Below, one piece after another: positions 50,540-64,000 of a stretch of DNA of 64,000 bases; the stretch's first letter is position 1, and each line of letters begins with the position of its first letter. Source of the DNA: Macrostomum lignano (lineage: Eukaryota); the NCBI GenBank assembly GCA_002269645.1, contig NIVC01002042.1, positions 1-64,000 of the forward strand. Reading direction: 5' to 3'. The position numbers and the translations under genes were made by a program. Below the pieces are notes generated by a model. It was not told the origin of the DNA. It ran no database searches and worked only from the letters and a program-made list of their open reading frames with translations.

Positions 50540-51880
50540 AGACAGACAGATTGCAATCGGCACAGATTGCACTAGGCACAGAGTTCAATAGACACAGATT
50601 GCAGTAGGCACAGATTACAATAGGCACAGATTGCAAGAGGTACAGATTGCAATAGACACAGATTGTAATAGGTACAGATTGCAATAGGCACAGATTGCAA
50701 TAGATACAGATTGCAATAGGCACAGATTGCAATAGGCACAGATTACAATAGGCACAGATTGCAATAGGCACAGATTGCAATAGGTACAGATTGCAATAGG
50801 TACAGATTGCAATAGACACAGATTGCAATAGACACAGACTGCAATAGGCACAGATTGCAATAGACACAGATTGCAATAGGCACAGATTACAATAGGCACA
50901 GATTGCAATAGGTACAGATTGCAATAGGTACAGATTGCAATAGGTACAGATTGCAATAGGCACAGATTGCAATAGACACAGATTGCAATAGACACAGACT
51001 GCAATAGGCACAGATTGCAATAGACACAGATTGCAATAGGCACAGATTACAATAGGCACAGATTGCAATCGGCACAGATTGCAATAGGCACAGATTGCAG
51101 TAGGCACAGATTGCAATAGGCACAGATTACAATAGGCACAGATTGCAATAGGCACAGATTGCAATAGGTACAGATTGCAATAGGTACAGATTGCAATAGA
51201 CACAGATTGCAATAGACACAGACTGCAATAGGCACAGATTGCAATAGGTACAGATTGCAATAGGTACAGATTGCAATAGGCACAGAGTTCAATAGACACA
51301 GATTGCAGTAGGCACAGATTACAATAGGCACAGATTGCAAGAGGTACAGATTGCAATAGACACAGATTGTAATAGGTACAGATTGCAATAGGCACAGATT
51401 GCAATAGATACAGATTACAATAGGCACAGATTGCAATAGGCACAGATTACAATAGGCACAGATTGCAATAGGCACAGATTGCAATAGGTACAGATTGCAA
51501 TAGGTACAGATTGCAATAGACACAGATTGCAATAGACACAGACTGCAATAGGCACAGATTGCAATAGACACAGATTGCAATAGGCACAGATTACAATAGG
51601 TACAGATTGCAATAGGTACAGATTGCAATAGGTACAGATTGCAATAGACACAGACTGCAATAGGCACAGATTGCAATAGACACAGATTGCAATAGGCACA
51701 GATTACAATAGGCACAGATTGCAATCGGCACAGATTGCAATAGGCACAGATTGCAGTAGGCACAGATTGCAATAGACACAGCTTGCAATAGGCACAGATT
51801 GCAATAGACACAGATTGCAATAGGCACAGATTGCAATAGACACAGATTGCAATAGGCACAGATTGCAATAGACACAGAGT
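50540..51880. repeat. 16-bp minisatellite, about 1.3 kb
   Basis: Unit GCACAGATTGCAATAG and variants. Confidence 0.95.
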
Positions 51881-52404
51881 TCAATAGATATAGACTCCAA
51901 CAGACACAAACTAAAACAGACCAAACAAACACAAACAAACGCAAAACAGAGCAGAGAGACTCCTGCCAATAAAAAGTAGGTTGTAGCCACACATCATTAT
52001 AATCTCTAGCAGAACAAAGCAGACTTACGGCCAACTGTCCTCCCAACCCCCTGTTGAGCACTGAACTCCGGAACCTGGGGTGAATTTCCTGAATTTGTCC
52101 CGAAGTGCTTGTGCTGCTTTTCCCAAACGATGACGAGTTTATGGGCTGCTTGTAGCAGTTGGATTTGCGCTGAGAATGCAGTTCTCAGCAGTTGGATTTG
52201 CGTCCTGTTGAACTCACTGAAGCACCTACCTATGTATGAGACAAGGATGCTTGGTCTAAAAAATAGCGGAAAAAGTGGTTCTCCTGCTAGGCCAAGCAGC
52301 ACCACTTGACAGTCACCAGACCAGTGCGTGTTGCAGTCACAGAGCAAATTACTTGTAGACAATGTCCAGTGTTTTTTTAACCTTTGCCAATTTAGTTAGT
52401 GGTG

Positions 52405-52575
52405 TTAAAGGGGCTGAGTAGCGTCATAGGGGTTTGATTCCCCTGAACGGCCACATTAATTTGTGGTTCGTACGCACCAGGGCCAACCCCCAAGGCACGG
52501 AGAGTGTACACATGCCTGACGTTTAGAAAGTCAGGGCGGATGTACATGTACACCCTGTGTGAGCGAGTGTGTGCT
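52405..52575 (+). mobile_element. diverged SINE of a related family (fragments also at 6420-6510 and 49375-49400)
   Basis: GTTTGATTCC B-box-like, GGCCACATTAATT, GGGCCAACCCCCAAGGCAC, TGTACAC..CTGTGTGAG motifs shared with the 23800 copy. Confidence 0.5.
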
Positions 52576-52589
52576 AGTAATAGTGAGCT

Positions 52590-53000
52590 CTGCTCAGATC
52601 CCCAATAATCTCAGCTCAGATCCCAAGTAATCTCAGCTCAGGTCCCCAATAATCTCTGCTCAGATCCCCAGTAATCTCAGCTCAGATCCCCAGTAATCTC
52701 AGCTCAGATCCCCAGTAATCTCAGCTCAGATCCCCAATCATCTCAGCTCAGATCCCCATAAATCTCAGCTCAGATCCCCAATCATCTCAGCTCAGATCCC
52801 CAGAAATCTCAGCTCAGATCCCCAATCATCTCAGCTCAGATCCCCAGAAATCTCAGCTCAGATCCCCAATCATCTCAGCTCAGATCCCCAGAAATCTCAG
52901 CTCAGATCCCCAATAATCTTAGCTCAGATCCCCAGAAATCTCAGCTCAGATCCCCAATCATCTCAGCTCAGATCCCCAATAATCTCAGCTCAGATCCCCA
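52590..53000. repeat. 22-bp minisatellite
   Basis: Unit TCTCAGCTCAGATCCCCAATAA and variants. Confidence 0.93.
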
Positions 53001-53659
53001 GTAACCACAGTGCTGAAATATATGGAAGGTATTCCCATTCCCTCTGAGACCGCAGCAGCAGGCAATGTCCCTTTGAAAAATACAAAGGGAACTGAGGCCA
53101 GAGTCTCAGACAAAGAGCAAATCCCCTTGCCACTTTGCAACCAGCGCAGCTCCCATTGTCTCCGGCAGAGCTGACAGGCACAGCAGGCCCGCCGTATTTG
53201 ACAAGAATCAGAAAAGTCCCACGGGGAAAGTGATACGAGCTCAACCCATGGCTGATGAAGCTATTATTTACACATTTTAGGAGTCGAAAAAATTGGTAGC
53301 AGACTCTGCAGCCAGGGTGTCGGCATTGTTTGACTTTGGCCACTTCAGATCTTTCTGCATTGCATAGCCCAGTTCTGAGCCTGCTGCTAGCCTGGATACA
53401 CGGCGGCAGAGGGCGGCTGCAGCTGGGCGCCGATTCCAGCTGGACGCCTTGCGCGTATCGGATTACTCGGCAGCTGGAGAGAGCGAAACCGCCTAGTGAC
53501 TCTCTGCGATATATTTATAGAGTACCGGCTCATTGTTCAGCCCTGTCTGCTATTGCTGCCCTCTCCGCTTGTCACTCTTCATGTCATATTTGCCTCCGGA
53601 AATTCTTTGCGAATATTTTTGACCTGCTTTTTTCTAAGCTTTCGTAATTAAAATATCTT

Positions 53660-54810
<1,151 letters not shown>

Positions 54811-55334
54811 AGAGGCATACAGAGTCAGAAAGATAAGTAGTACCGTGAACAGCATGCGAGCACAATGGGCCCGCACTGAGCATGGAAGCTCATTTTGATC
54901 AGATTTCTCCCAAATGCCAGCTCTTTGCCAGCTGTCCGGCTTGTCAATCAAGCAGCAGCCCTTCCTGACAACCTGTCTGGCATGCATCGAGCCCCAGTGC
55001 CCCAATGAAGTGGCAGTGCAGAATGAAGCGGACTCAGCCGCTGCATTTAGCCAGCCATGTGACTCACGTCGCTGCCTTCTCACTTTCCCCCCCCTCGTCT
55101 CATTGGTTCGCCATGCGTGAGCCAAACCCGCAATGTTTGCGGCCTTCTCCTCCGTCCAGCTCCGCCCACTTTCCCCTTTTTGATCGCGCGAGTAGAGGGA
55201 AGAGAAGCATTTTTCTAGAGAAAAAACTTTGGTTAGAAGAAAAATGACCAACTGACTCAATTATCGGCTTTGATAATTCTCTTGAAGGAACAGGTGTGAA
55301 AATTAGTTTAATGGTTTACCTTTGTGCTGATTGC

Positions 55335-55455
55335 ATGGCGAACACCTGGGGTCGACTGCAGCTCGCACCGATGCTGGTGCTGCTGACGCTGTTGCTGCTG
55401 ACGCCGGCGCACCTCATGCTGGCACCCGATGCCGACAGGCTGCCCGAGGAGGCGC
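55335..55455 (+). CDS. probable first coding exon of a secreted or membrane protein (MANTWGRLQLAPMLVLLTLLLLTPAHLMLAPDADRLPEEA)
   Basis: ATG, Leu-rich hydrophobic core, GC3-rich codons like other exons here, canonical |gtaagt donor (phase 1); downstream exons not identified. Confidence 0.55.
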
Positions 55456-55514
55456 GTAAGTATTTCATCTTTTGGGGCTCAAAACACAGATTCAGAGGAA
55501 TGATGAAGAAGGCT

Positions 55515-57190
55515 GAGAGGCAGATTCAGTGACAGAAGAGTCAAAGCTAAGAGGCAGATTCAGTGACAGAAGAGTCAAAGCTAAGAGGCAGATTCAGTGA
55601 CAGAAGAATCAAAGCTGAGAGGTGCAGATTCAGTGACAGAAGAGTCAAAGCTAAGAGGCAGATTCAGTGACAGAAGAATCAAAGCTGAAAGGCAGATTCA
55701 GTGACAGAAGAGTCAAAGCTGAGAGACAGATTCAGTGACAGAAGAATCAAAGCTAAGAGGCAGATTCAGTGACAGAAGAATCAAAGCTGAGAGGCGCAGA
55801 TTCAGTGACAGAAGAATCAAAGCTGAGAGGCAGATTCAGTGACAGAAGAATCAAAGCTGAAAGGCAGATTCAGTGACAGAAGAGTCAAAGCTAAGAGGCA
55901 GATTCAGTGACAGAAGAGTCAAAGCTAAGAGACAGATTCAGTGACAGAAGAGTCAAAGCTAAGAGGCAGATTCAGTGACAGAAGAATCAAAGCTGAGAGG
56001 TGCAGATTCAGTGACAGAAGAGTCAAAGCTAAGAGGCAGATTCAGTGACAGAAGAATCAAAGCTGAAAGGCAGATTCAGTGACAGAAGAGTCAAAGCTGA
56101 GAGACAGATTCAGTGACAGAAGAATCAAAGCTAAGAGGCAGATTCAGTGACAGAAGAATCAAAGCTGAGAGGCGCAGATTCAGTGACAGAAGAATCAAAG
56201 CTGAGAGGCAGATTCAGTGACAGAAGAATCAAAGCTAAGAGGCAGATTCAGTGACAGAAGAGTCAAAGCTGAGAGGCAGATTCAGTGACAGAAGAATCAA
56301 AGCTGAGAGGCAGGTTCAGTGACAGAAGAGTCAAAGCTGAGCTCAGCTGGCTGTTGGAAACGCAAGCGGCCCAGACTGAGCCATCTAAAGCCTGCACTGT
56401 ATACAGGCTAATATGCATGTAGGATACGGCATTTCTCTCGCCCGGCGTGAGCATAAAACTTTCATTAACACCGAATAGTTAATTAATTTCTCCGCCCTCC
56501 ACCCGTCCTCCCCTCTCCGCCACGCGGGTAGCCGAAGCAGCAGAAGCAGCAAGCAGCAAAATCGAAAGCAGAAGCCTGTGAAAAAGGCGAACCAAGCAAG
56601 CCCTGCTAACCCTTTCTGAATTGAAAACCTCGGTGGTAGGTCCGATGCTGCTCAGACCCGATACAGCCAATAAATATATTTTAGAACCTCGGCTATTCTA
56701 AAATTTAAGAAATTTAAGCATCTGCTTAAGTCGTGAAACTGAGAGAGGCAGATTCAGTGACAGAAGAGTCAAAGCTGAGGCAGATTCAGTGACAGAAGAA
56801 TCAAAGCTGAGAGGCAGATTCAGTGACAGAAGAATCAAAGCTGAGAGGCGCAGATTCAGTGACAGAAGAATCAAAGCTGAGAGGCAGATTCAGTGACAGA
56901 AGAATCAAAGCTGAAAGGCAGATTCAGTGACAGAAGAGTCAAAGCTGAGAGACAGATTCAGTGACAGAAGAATCAAAGCTAAGAGGCAGATTCAGTGACA
57001 GAAGAATCAAAGCTGAGAGGCGCAGATTCAGTGACAGAAGAATCAAAGCTGAGAGGCAGATTCAGTGACAGAAGAATCAAAGCTAAGAGGCAGATTCAGT
57101 GACAGAAGAGTCAAAGCTGAGAGGCAGATTCAGTGACAGAAGAATCAAAGCTGAGAGGCAGGTTCAGTGACAGAAGAGTCAAAGCTGAGC
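55515..57190. repeat. 34-bp minisatellite in two blocks (55515-56340, 56740-57190) within an exact duplication of period 848 bp
   Basis: Unit GAGGCAGATTCAGTGACAGAAGAATCAAAGCT(A/G)A; the unique block 56340-56740 is repeated at 57188-57588. Confidence 0.93.
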
Positions 57191-57799
57191 TCAGCTGGCT
57201 GTTGGAAACGCAAGCGGCCCAGACTGAGCCATCTAAAGCCTGCACTGTATACAGGCTAATATGCATGTAGGATACGGCATTTCTCTCGCCCGGCGTGAGC
57301 ATAAAACTTTCATTAACACCGAATAGTTAATTAATTTCTCCGCCCTCCACCCGTCCTCCCCTCTCCGCCACGCGGGTAGCCGAAGCAGCAGAAGCAGCAA
57401 GCAGCAAAATCGAAAGCAGAAGCCTGTGAAAAAGGCGAACCAAGCAAGCCCTGCTAACCCTTTCTGAATTGAAAACCTCGGTGGTAGGTCCGATGCTGCT
57501 CAGACCCGATACAGCCAATAAATATATTTTAGAACCTCGGCTATTCTAAAATTTAAGAAATTTAAGCATCTGCTTAAGTCGTGAAACTGAGAATTTGCCC
57601 TCTGGCGTGCTTTCGATTCTGCGGTGAGAGGCGCGCAGTAACTTAAGAGGGGGGGGGGGGCTGCGAGTCGAATACCACAAACCAAGCAAATTAAAAGTAC
57701 TGATTTCGAGTCTTCCAGACGGATTTTTTGTAGAATGCATCGGCACCTAATTGGGCCTTTTCTTTAGTGAAGGCTGCATAAGCGCGCACTGCTATAGGC

Positions 57800-58180
57800 G
57801 TACCAAAAACTGGGCGCTTAAGGGGGACTCTACCAAAAACTGGGCGCTTAAGGGGGACTCTACCAAAAACTGGGCGCTTAAGGGGGACTCTACCAAAAAC
57901 TGGGCGCTTAAGGGGGACTCTACCAAAAACTGGGCGCTTAAGGGGACTCTACCAAAAACTGGGCGCTTAAGGGGGACTCTACCAAAAACTGGGCGCTTAA
58001 GGGGGACTCTACCAAAAACTGGGCGCTTAAGGGGGACTCTACCAAAAACTGGGCGCTTAAGGGGGACTCTACCAAAAACTGGGCGCTTAAGGGGGACTCT
58101 ACCAAAAACTGGGCGCTTAAGGGGGACTCTACCAAAAACTGGGCGCTTAAGGGGGACTTTACCAAAAACTGGGCGCTTAT
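57800..58180. repeat. 30-bp minisatellite
   Basis: Unit GGGCGCTTAAGGGGGACTCTACCAAAAACT. Confidence 0.95.
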
Positions 58181-58569
58181 TCGATGCGCGCTAACGATAG
58201 CATCCGTTTTTCTACAGGCTACCATTCGAACGGAGAAAGTTCCTTGAGAAATCTCCCGTTTAAAAAAAAACAGCATTGCAGAGATGGGGTTGAGCTTAAA
58301 TTCAGGATTTCTGCCGCCTTGATTTTCGGCAGTGGCCCCAACTTACTAACTGACTAATATCTAAATAATCCGGTTGACAGCCAGTTTTGATTGATGGACG
58401 CTGGCCCAGCTAGTTATTGATAATATAATCGGTTTTAATTTAAGTAATGCGTTTGACTATGGTTAAATATTTAAATATGGCTTTTCATTGAGTCTAAATT
58501 CCCACAATATTTGAAATCTCCAAATTTTCCAATTCACAAGTGTGTTTACATTCCCAAAAAGTTCACGTT

Positions 58570-59510
58570 TCCAAGTTATCACATTCCCAAGTGTTCACAT
58601 TCCCCAAGTGTTCACATTCCCAAGTGTTCACATTTCCCAAGTATTCGCATTCCCAAGTGTTCACATTCCCAAGTGTTCACATTCCCCAAGTGTTCACATT
58701 CCCCAAGTGTTCACATTCCCCAAGTGTTCACATTCCCCAAGTGTTCACATTCCCAAGTGTTCACATTTCCCAAGTATTCGCATTCCCAAGTGTTCACATT
58801 CCCAAGTGTTCACATTTCACAAGTATTCGCATTCCCAAGTGTTCACATTCCCCAAGTGTTCACATTCCCAAGTGTTCACATTTCCCAAGTATTCGCATTC
58901 CCAAGTGTTCACATTCCCAAGTGTTCACATTCCCCAAGTGTTCACATTCCCAAGTGTTCACATTCCCCAAGTGTTCACATTCCCCAAGTGTTCACATTCC
59001 CCAAGTGTTCACATTCCCAAGTGTTCACATTCCCCAAGTGTTCACATTCCCCAAGTGTTCACATTCACAAGTGTTCACATTCCCAAGTGTTCACATTCCC
59101 AAGTGTTCACATTCCCCAAGTGTTCACATTCCATAAGTGTTCACATTCCCAAGTGTTCACATTCCCCAAGTGTTCACATTCCCCAAGTGTTCACATTCCA
59201 TAAGTGTTCACATTCCCAAGTGTTCACATTCCCCAAGTGTTCACATTCCATAAGTGTTCACATTCCCAAGTGTTCACATTCCCAAGTGTTCACATTCCCC
59301 AAGTGTTCACATTCCCCAAGTGTTCACATTCCCCAAGTGTTCGCATTCCATAAGTGTTCACATTCCCAAGTGTTCACATTCCCAAGTGTTCGCATTCCCA
59401 AGTGTTCACATTCCCAAGTGTTCGCATTCCCCAAGTGTTCACATTCCCAAGTGTTCACATTCCCAAGTGTTCACATTCCCCAAGTGTTCACATTCCCTAG
59501 TGTTCGCATT
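58570..59510. repeat. 15/16-bp minisatellite
   Basis: Unit TTCCC(C)AAGTGTTCACA. Confidence 0.95.
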
Positions 59511-60819
59511 CCCCAGGTATCCACATTTTTCAAGTTTTCGATCACATTCCTCAAGTAATCAAATTCGCGGATTTTTTTAATTACCTTGCATTTCTAATTC
59601 TCTGAAAGACGGTTGAGAATAAAATTTGAGGTGCAAGCTGCTATGAGGAATGGATCAGCTTTTTGACAGCCTGAGCCAAAAGCCTCCAGACTCCACAGGC
59701 TGCCCCAGGCTCTCAGTTTCACCACCCCGCGGGGCTACATGACGATGAGGTTTAAATTTTTAACTGGAGAAAAAGAGACGAGGCTGCATGCTTCATCAAC
59801 ACCTGACGAGGCGCACCAGACACTGTCACAAATATTTCATTTCGTTTTTGACTGCGGCCGCGGGGCTGCAGTGCCGTGAAGGGGCTGCTTGAGAAAAGTA
59901 AAAGGGAGTTGGTAGGGGGGGGGGAGAAGAGAATTGAGGCAGCTCAGCACGCCCGCTGGGAAAGGCCCTCGGCTTCTCCTGCTTCTTAGCAGCAGCAGCA
60001 GCAGCAGCAGCAGCAAAGTGAAGAAACAAAAAGTGGCGGCAAGACAAAAAGTTGTCGCGGCAGGAAAATCGAAGCCGCTTGCAGGAGAATTGAGAAGGGA
60101 GAGGTTTAAACCTCTGCGGCCGTCACCTGAATGTCTGCAGGAAATTCACACCCCGACACTTGACTGCTTCTAGGAGGCGCTTTCTGCTGCTTCCCGGCTG
60201 TAACTTTTAATTCCCACCTGGCCCCCCTCCCGGCTCTGAGGGGTCCTGTGTTTCACTTCTCTCTTCCTAACCTTCTCCCCCCAACCTTAACCAGTTTTTC
60301 ATCTCTTCTAGAGGGAGTTTTTTCTGCCAGAAAAAAGTTGTCCAGTCTGTTTCCCCAGCCTCGTGGCCAAGGAGTTGATAGCCCGGCTGACCTGACAAGG
60401 TGGCCAAATTCTTTTTTGTTTTGTTCGTCTTGCTCCAAAAAAGCAGTTTTAACGGATCTGCTGGAGCTCCTGGCCTCATCCGGGATTTCCGTGACTCATC
60501 TTTCTTCTGCTTTTTAACTCCAGTTTTCTTCTTTCTGTAGAGAATTCTTCTGGGAGCAGCAGCGGTCGGCTGCAGGGTCGCCTTGGAGAAATTCTGGTTT
60601 GAGCCCCTCGGATTGAGTTTATCGGGCCTCAGCCATCTCTGCCTGGCGTCTCTTCCAGCTTGCCTTGTCAGATTTCTGAGTTCCCGATTTCCCTGAAAGA
60701 TCTTTCTCTGTATTTCCTTTGCTCTCGTTCTCTTTCGCGTCGTTTCTAAGAAAAGTTGCGCTACTTCTTCGGCGTGGGGTTAATTTTTTGGGCGCCTCAC
60801 TGGGAGCACCAGCTGACGG

Positions 60820-60955
60820 CGCAGCACAGGTGGCGCCACACTGAGGGCGCAGCACAGGTGGCGCCACACTGAGTGCGGCACACTGAGGGCGCAGCACAGG
60901 TAGCGCCACACTGAGAGCGCAGCACAGGTGGCGCCACACTGAGGGCGCCACACAG
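60820..60955. repeat. 28-bp GC-rich minisatellite, about 5 copies
   Basis: Unit GCGCAGCACAGGTGGCGCCACACTGAGG. Confidence 0.85.
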
Positions 60956-60967
60956 GATCAGGTCTTT

Positions 60968-61160
60968 GAACAGAGAATGTTGAATTTAAGAGTCAAAATG
61001 GAGCCTGAAGCATTGGGTCCCGGTTTCTCTACGCCAATCCCCTTCATTTGGAGCTTCAAATGCTTGAAAGACGAGATTTTATATGTTGGTATGGCTTAGA
61101 GAAATCGGGACCGAATGTTTCGGGCTCCATTTTGACTCTTCAGTTCACATCCTCTTTGTA
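60968..61160. mobile_element. small hairpin MITE or inverted repeat
   Basis: AAGAGTCAAAATGGAGCC…GGTCCCGGTTTCTCTA is mirrored by TAGAGAAATCGGGACC…GGCTCCATTTTGACTCTT. Confidence 0.55.
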
Positions 61161-61809
61161 TAAGCTTCATTGATAGATAAAGGCAAACCATAAAAAAGCT
61201 TAAAAACCTAAATTCAACATCTTCAACATACTACTTGTTTAGTCGTCCAAGTAGCCAGTAGAAACTTTTTTCTCTATACCTACCTAGTAAGTTAAATTAC
61301 AGAATGAAGACAAATTTGCTGTTCTCAGCTACACAATCAGATAAATGGCGCCAGCTGCAGTGGAGCTGGTTACAATTTGTTTCTGCAGCCAGACCGGAGT
61401 CGCAATATTTTCAAGCTGAATCAAATCGAGCGTGCAATTCTTGCCCCTAGAAAGACTCCGTGGAGCTGTCAGTCTCTGGTGGGATAAAGGCCACGTGGTG
61501 CGGTATCGGGACCGATTTTTATATCACTGAGGCATGCAAATCTTCTGTCTTAGTCAGTGCACGTACCATGGAGAGTAAGTTTCCTTTGTTAGGCGAGTAG
61601 CTGCAGTGGAGTGTGTATATTTTTTGGTGAGACAAATGCAATTGGAGCAAAATTACTTCCACTGCTTCAGTTTTTTGAAAGCACTGAACTGACTACAGTA
61701 GAAATTAAAACAAAGAACTCAGTTCAATAAGTCATACCTGTTCTTGTCAAATTGTTTGTGACAGTAACAGGTAACAGGATTAATTACCAAACTTCACAGT
61801 TTTTTAGGA

Positions 61810-62178
61810 GCGCCAAAATCTGTGCTAAGATTGGCGCCAAAGTCAGTGTTAAGATTGGCGCCAAAATCTGTGCTAAGATTGGCACCAAAGTCAGTGCTAA
61901 GATTGGCGCCAAAATCTGTGCTAAGATTGGCACCAAAGTCAGTGCTAAGATTGGCGCCAAAATCAGTGCTAAGAAGGGCGCCAAAATCAGTGCTAAGATT
62001 GGCGCCAAAATCAGTGCTAAGATTGGCGCCAAAATCAGTGCTACGAGCGTACGATTGGCGCCAAAATCAGTGCTACGAGCGTACGATTGGCGCCAAAATC
62101 AGTGCTAAGATTGGCACCAAAGTCAGTGCTAAGATTGGCGCCAAAGTCAGTGCTAAGAAGGGCGCCAAAATCAGTGCC
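61810..62178. repeat. 24-bp minisatellite
   Basis: Unit TTGGCGCCAAAATCAGTGCTAAGA. Confidence 0.92.
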
Positions 62179-62373
62179 TCAAATCATCTCATTTGGATTT
62201 TAAGAATCAGGCTGTCATGGAATAGCTTGTATATTTTAAATTTTTACAAGCGCGTAAGATCGAGGATATTGAACTGCTCTGCTAGCACAGAGATTTTCTA
62301 TAATTGTCTTTGTCCAGCTGCAACAAAGACGCCACGCGGTGCGCCCTTTGAAGCTGGCCCTCCAAACGGCTAC

Positions 62374-63900
62374 TTAAGAAAGTGAGCCTCCAAAAGCCCT
62401 AAAAAGCTTGGCCCTGCCAACTGGTGAGTTGCATAATCCACCCGCCTGACCCTCAGCGGGTGGTGGCGGCGTGTCCCAATATCTAAACTGGTAAGCCGGC
62501 CCGCCCAGTGTGACGTCATCAACTGGAGGTCCATCTGGGGGCTCTATGATGATGATGATGATGATAATGGGCTCGTGTTTGCCCACCGCCATCCCACCAA
62601 CAGCCAGGCTTAACAACCCCCTCCCTTTCTCCGGAGAGAAAGTCAAGACTGCAGGAAGCGCTATGCGAATTTAATTTAATCCCCTCCATCTCCCCAATGA
62701 CTCGTCTTCCTTCTGGTCTTTGTTTGACTGTGTGCATGGCTGTGTGTTTGACTGGGTTGTCAGGCCCCCCCCCAGCGACCGAACTCCCTCTGACAGCAGC
62801 AGGAAGTCTGCATAATTGACGCACAACGCAGGAAATCGCTTTAGTTGAAGCAGATAGCAAAACTTCAGATTCATCACCTGACTTTCCGGCCCGGTCTTGC
62901 TTTCAGACCTTGTGTCTGACTCTCAACATGACTCTCACCATGTCTCTATGGCTCTCACCATGTATATGACTCTCACCATGTCTATGACTCTCACCATGTC
63001 TATGACTCTCACCATGTCTATGACTCCCACCATGTCTATGACTTTCACCATGTCTATGACTCCCACCATGTCTATGACTCTCACCATGTCTATGACTCTC
63101 ACCATGTCTATGACTCTCACCATGTCTATGACTCTCACCATGTCTATGACTCCCACCATGTCTATGACTCTCACCATGTCTCTGACTCTCACCATGTCTA
63201 TGACTCCCACCATGTCTATGACTTTCACCATGTCTATGACTCCCACCATGTCTATGACTCTCACCATGTCTATGACTCTCACCATGTCTATGACTCTCAC
63301 CATGTCTATGACTCTCACCATGTCTATGACTCTCACCATGTCTATGACTCTGACCATGTCTCTATGACTCCCACCATGTCTATGACTTTCACCATGTCTA
63401 TGACTCCCACCATGTCTATGACTCTCACCATGTCTATGACTCTCACCATGTCTATGACTCTCACCATGTCTGTGGCTCTCACCATGTCTATGACTTTCAA
63501 AATGTCTATGACTCTCACCATTTCTATGACTCTCACCATGTCTATGACTCTCACCATGTCTATGACTCTCACCATGTCTATGACTCTCACATGTCTGTGG
63601 CTCTCACCATGTCTGTGGCTCTCACCATGTCTGTGGCTCTCACCATGTCTATGACTTTCAAAATGTCTATGACTCTCACCATTTCTATGACTCTCATCAC
63701 CATATCTATGACTGTCACCATGTCTGTGGCTCTCACCATGTCTATGACTTTCAAAATGTCTATGACTCTCACCATGTCTATGACTCTTACCGTGTCTCTG
63801 AAGCGGCAGGAAGTCTGCATAATTGACACGCGCGCACATAGAAGAGGTAACTAAAAAACTTAAGTTTCGCAACCCGACTTTCCGGCCCGGTAAGAGGCCC
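62374..63900 (-). mobile_element. possible decayed non-LTR retrotransposon AP-endonuclease remnant, partly duplicated and interrupted by an 18-bp minisatellite
   Basis: Two copies of PGRKV..NL.F…VNYADFL.L(S/Q)E-like sequence (62799-62895, 63806-63895), plus YQFRYWD…GQAGGL; resemblance judged by eye only. Confidence 0.3.
62925..63790. repeat. 18-bp minisatellite
   Basis: Unit CTATGACTCTCACCATGT. Confidence 0.94.
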
Positions 63901-64000
63901 CGCATTTCTGCCGGTAAAGCAATTATTCAATTAACCGTAGAAAGGTAAAACCTGGCGCAGACAGACGGGCGTCAGAGTAGAGGCTGAAAGCTACGAACTC

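Noticed and set aside
50535-51868. Long Cys-rich ORFs (LQSVPIAICAYCNLCL)n resembling metallothionein or zinc-finger proteins
   Set aside because: Several frames are open only because of the 16-bp repeat; no splice or codon support.
52006-52362. Homeodomain-like ORF (F..Q...L...F then VIVW) with a gtaagt donor
   Set aside because: F20-to-W48 spacing is about 17 rather than 28, there is no WFxN, and part of the pattern comes from a local duplication; it remains a weak exon candidate.
58511-59580. ORFs of repeated PKCSHSQVFTF
   Set aside because: 15/16-bp minisatellite artefact.

Overview
Eukaryotic (metazoan) genomic DNA. The GC3-rich exons, GT-AG introns and introns packed with private minisatellites resemble a Macrostomum-type flatworm genome; this is inference, no search was run. 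Three spliced genes were reconstructed by hand with consistent splice phases: (1) a BRSK/SAD-1 kinase on the minus strand (first six exons, 13260 down to 614, continuing off the left edge); (2) a C1orf87-like EF-hand-like protein on the minus strand (about 22860 down to 14999, 5' exons uncertain); (3) CTDNEP1/Dullard phosphatase on the plus strand (45106-47241, N-terminal exon not located). There is also an orphan signal-peptide first exon (55335-55455) and a MADF fragment. About 11 kb (25252-36241) is a five-unit head-to-tail array of a non-autonomous Helitron-like element, each unit carrying (TTAGGG)3-4, inserted into a tRNA-derived SINE. Several MITEs with TIRs/TSDs and about 25 tandem arrays are present. 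The most striking signal is that several minisatellites are tandem copies of splice junctions: donor arrays at BRSK exon 6 and a C1orf87-like exon, an acceptor array offering all three phases, and an 83-bp array in which every unit looks like a microexon plus a complete intron. Most long ORFs in the supplied track are artefacts of repeats.
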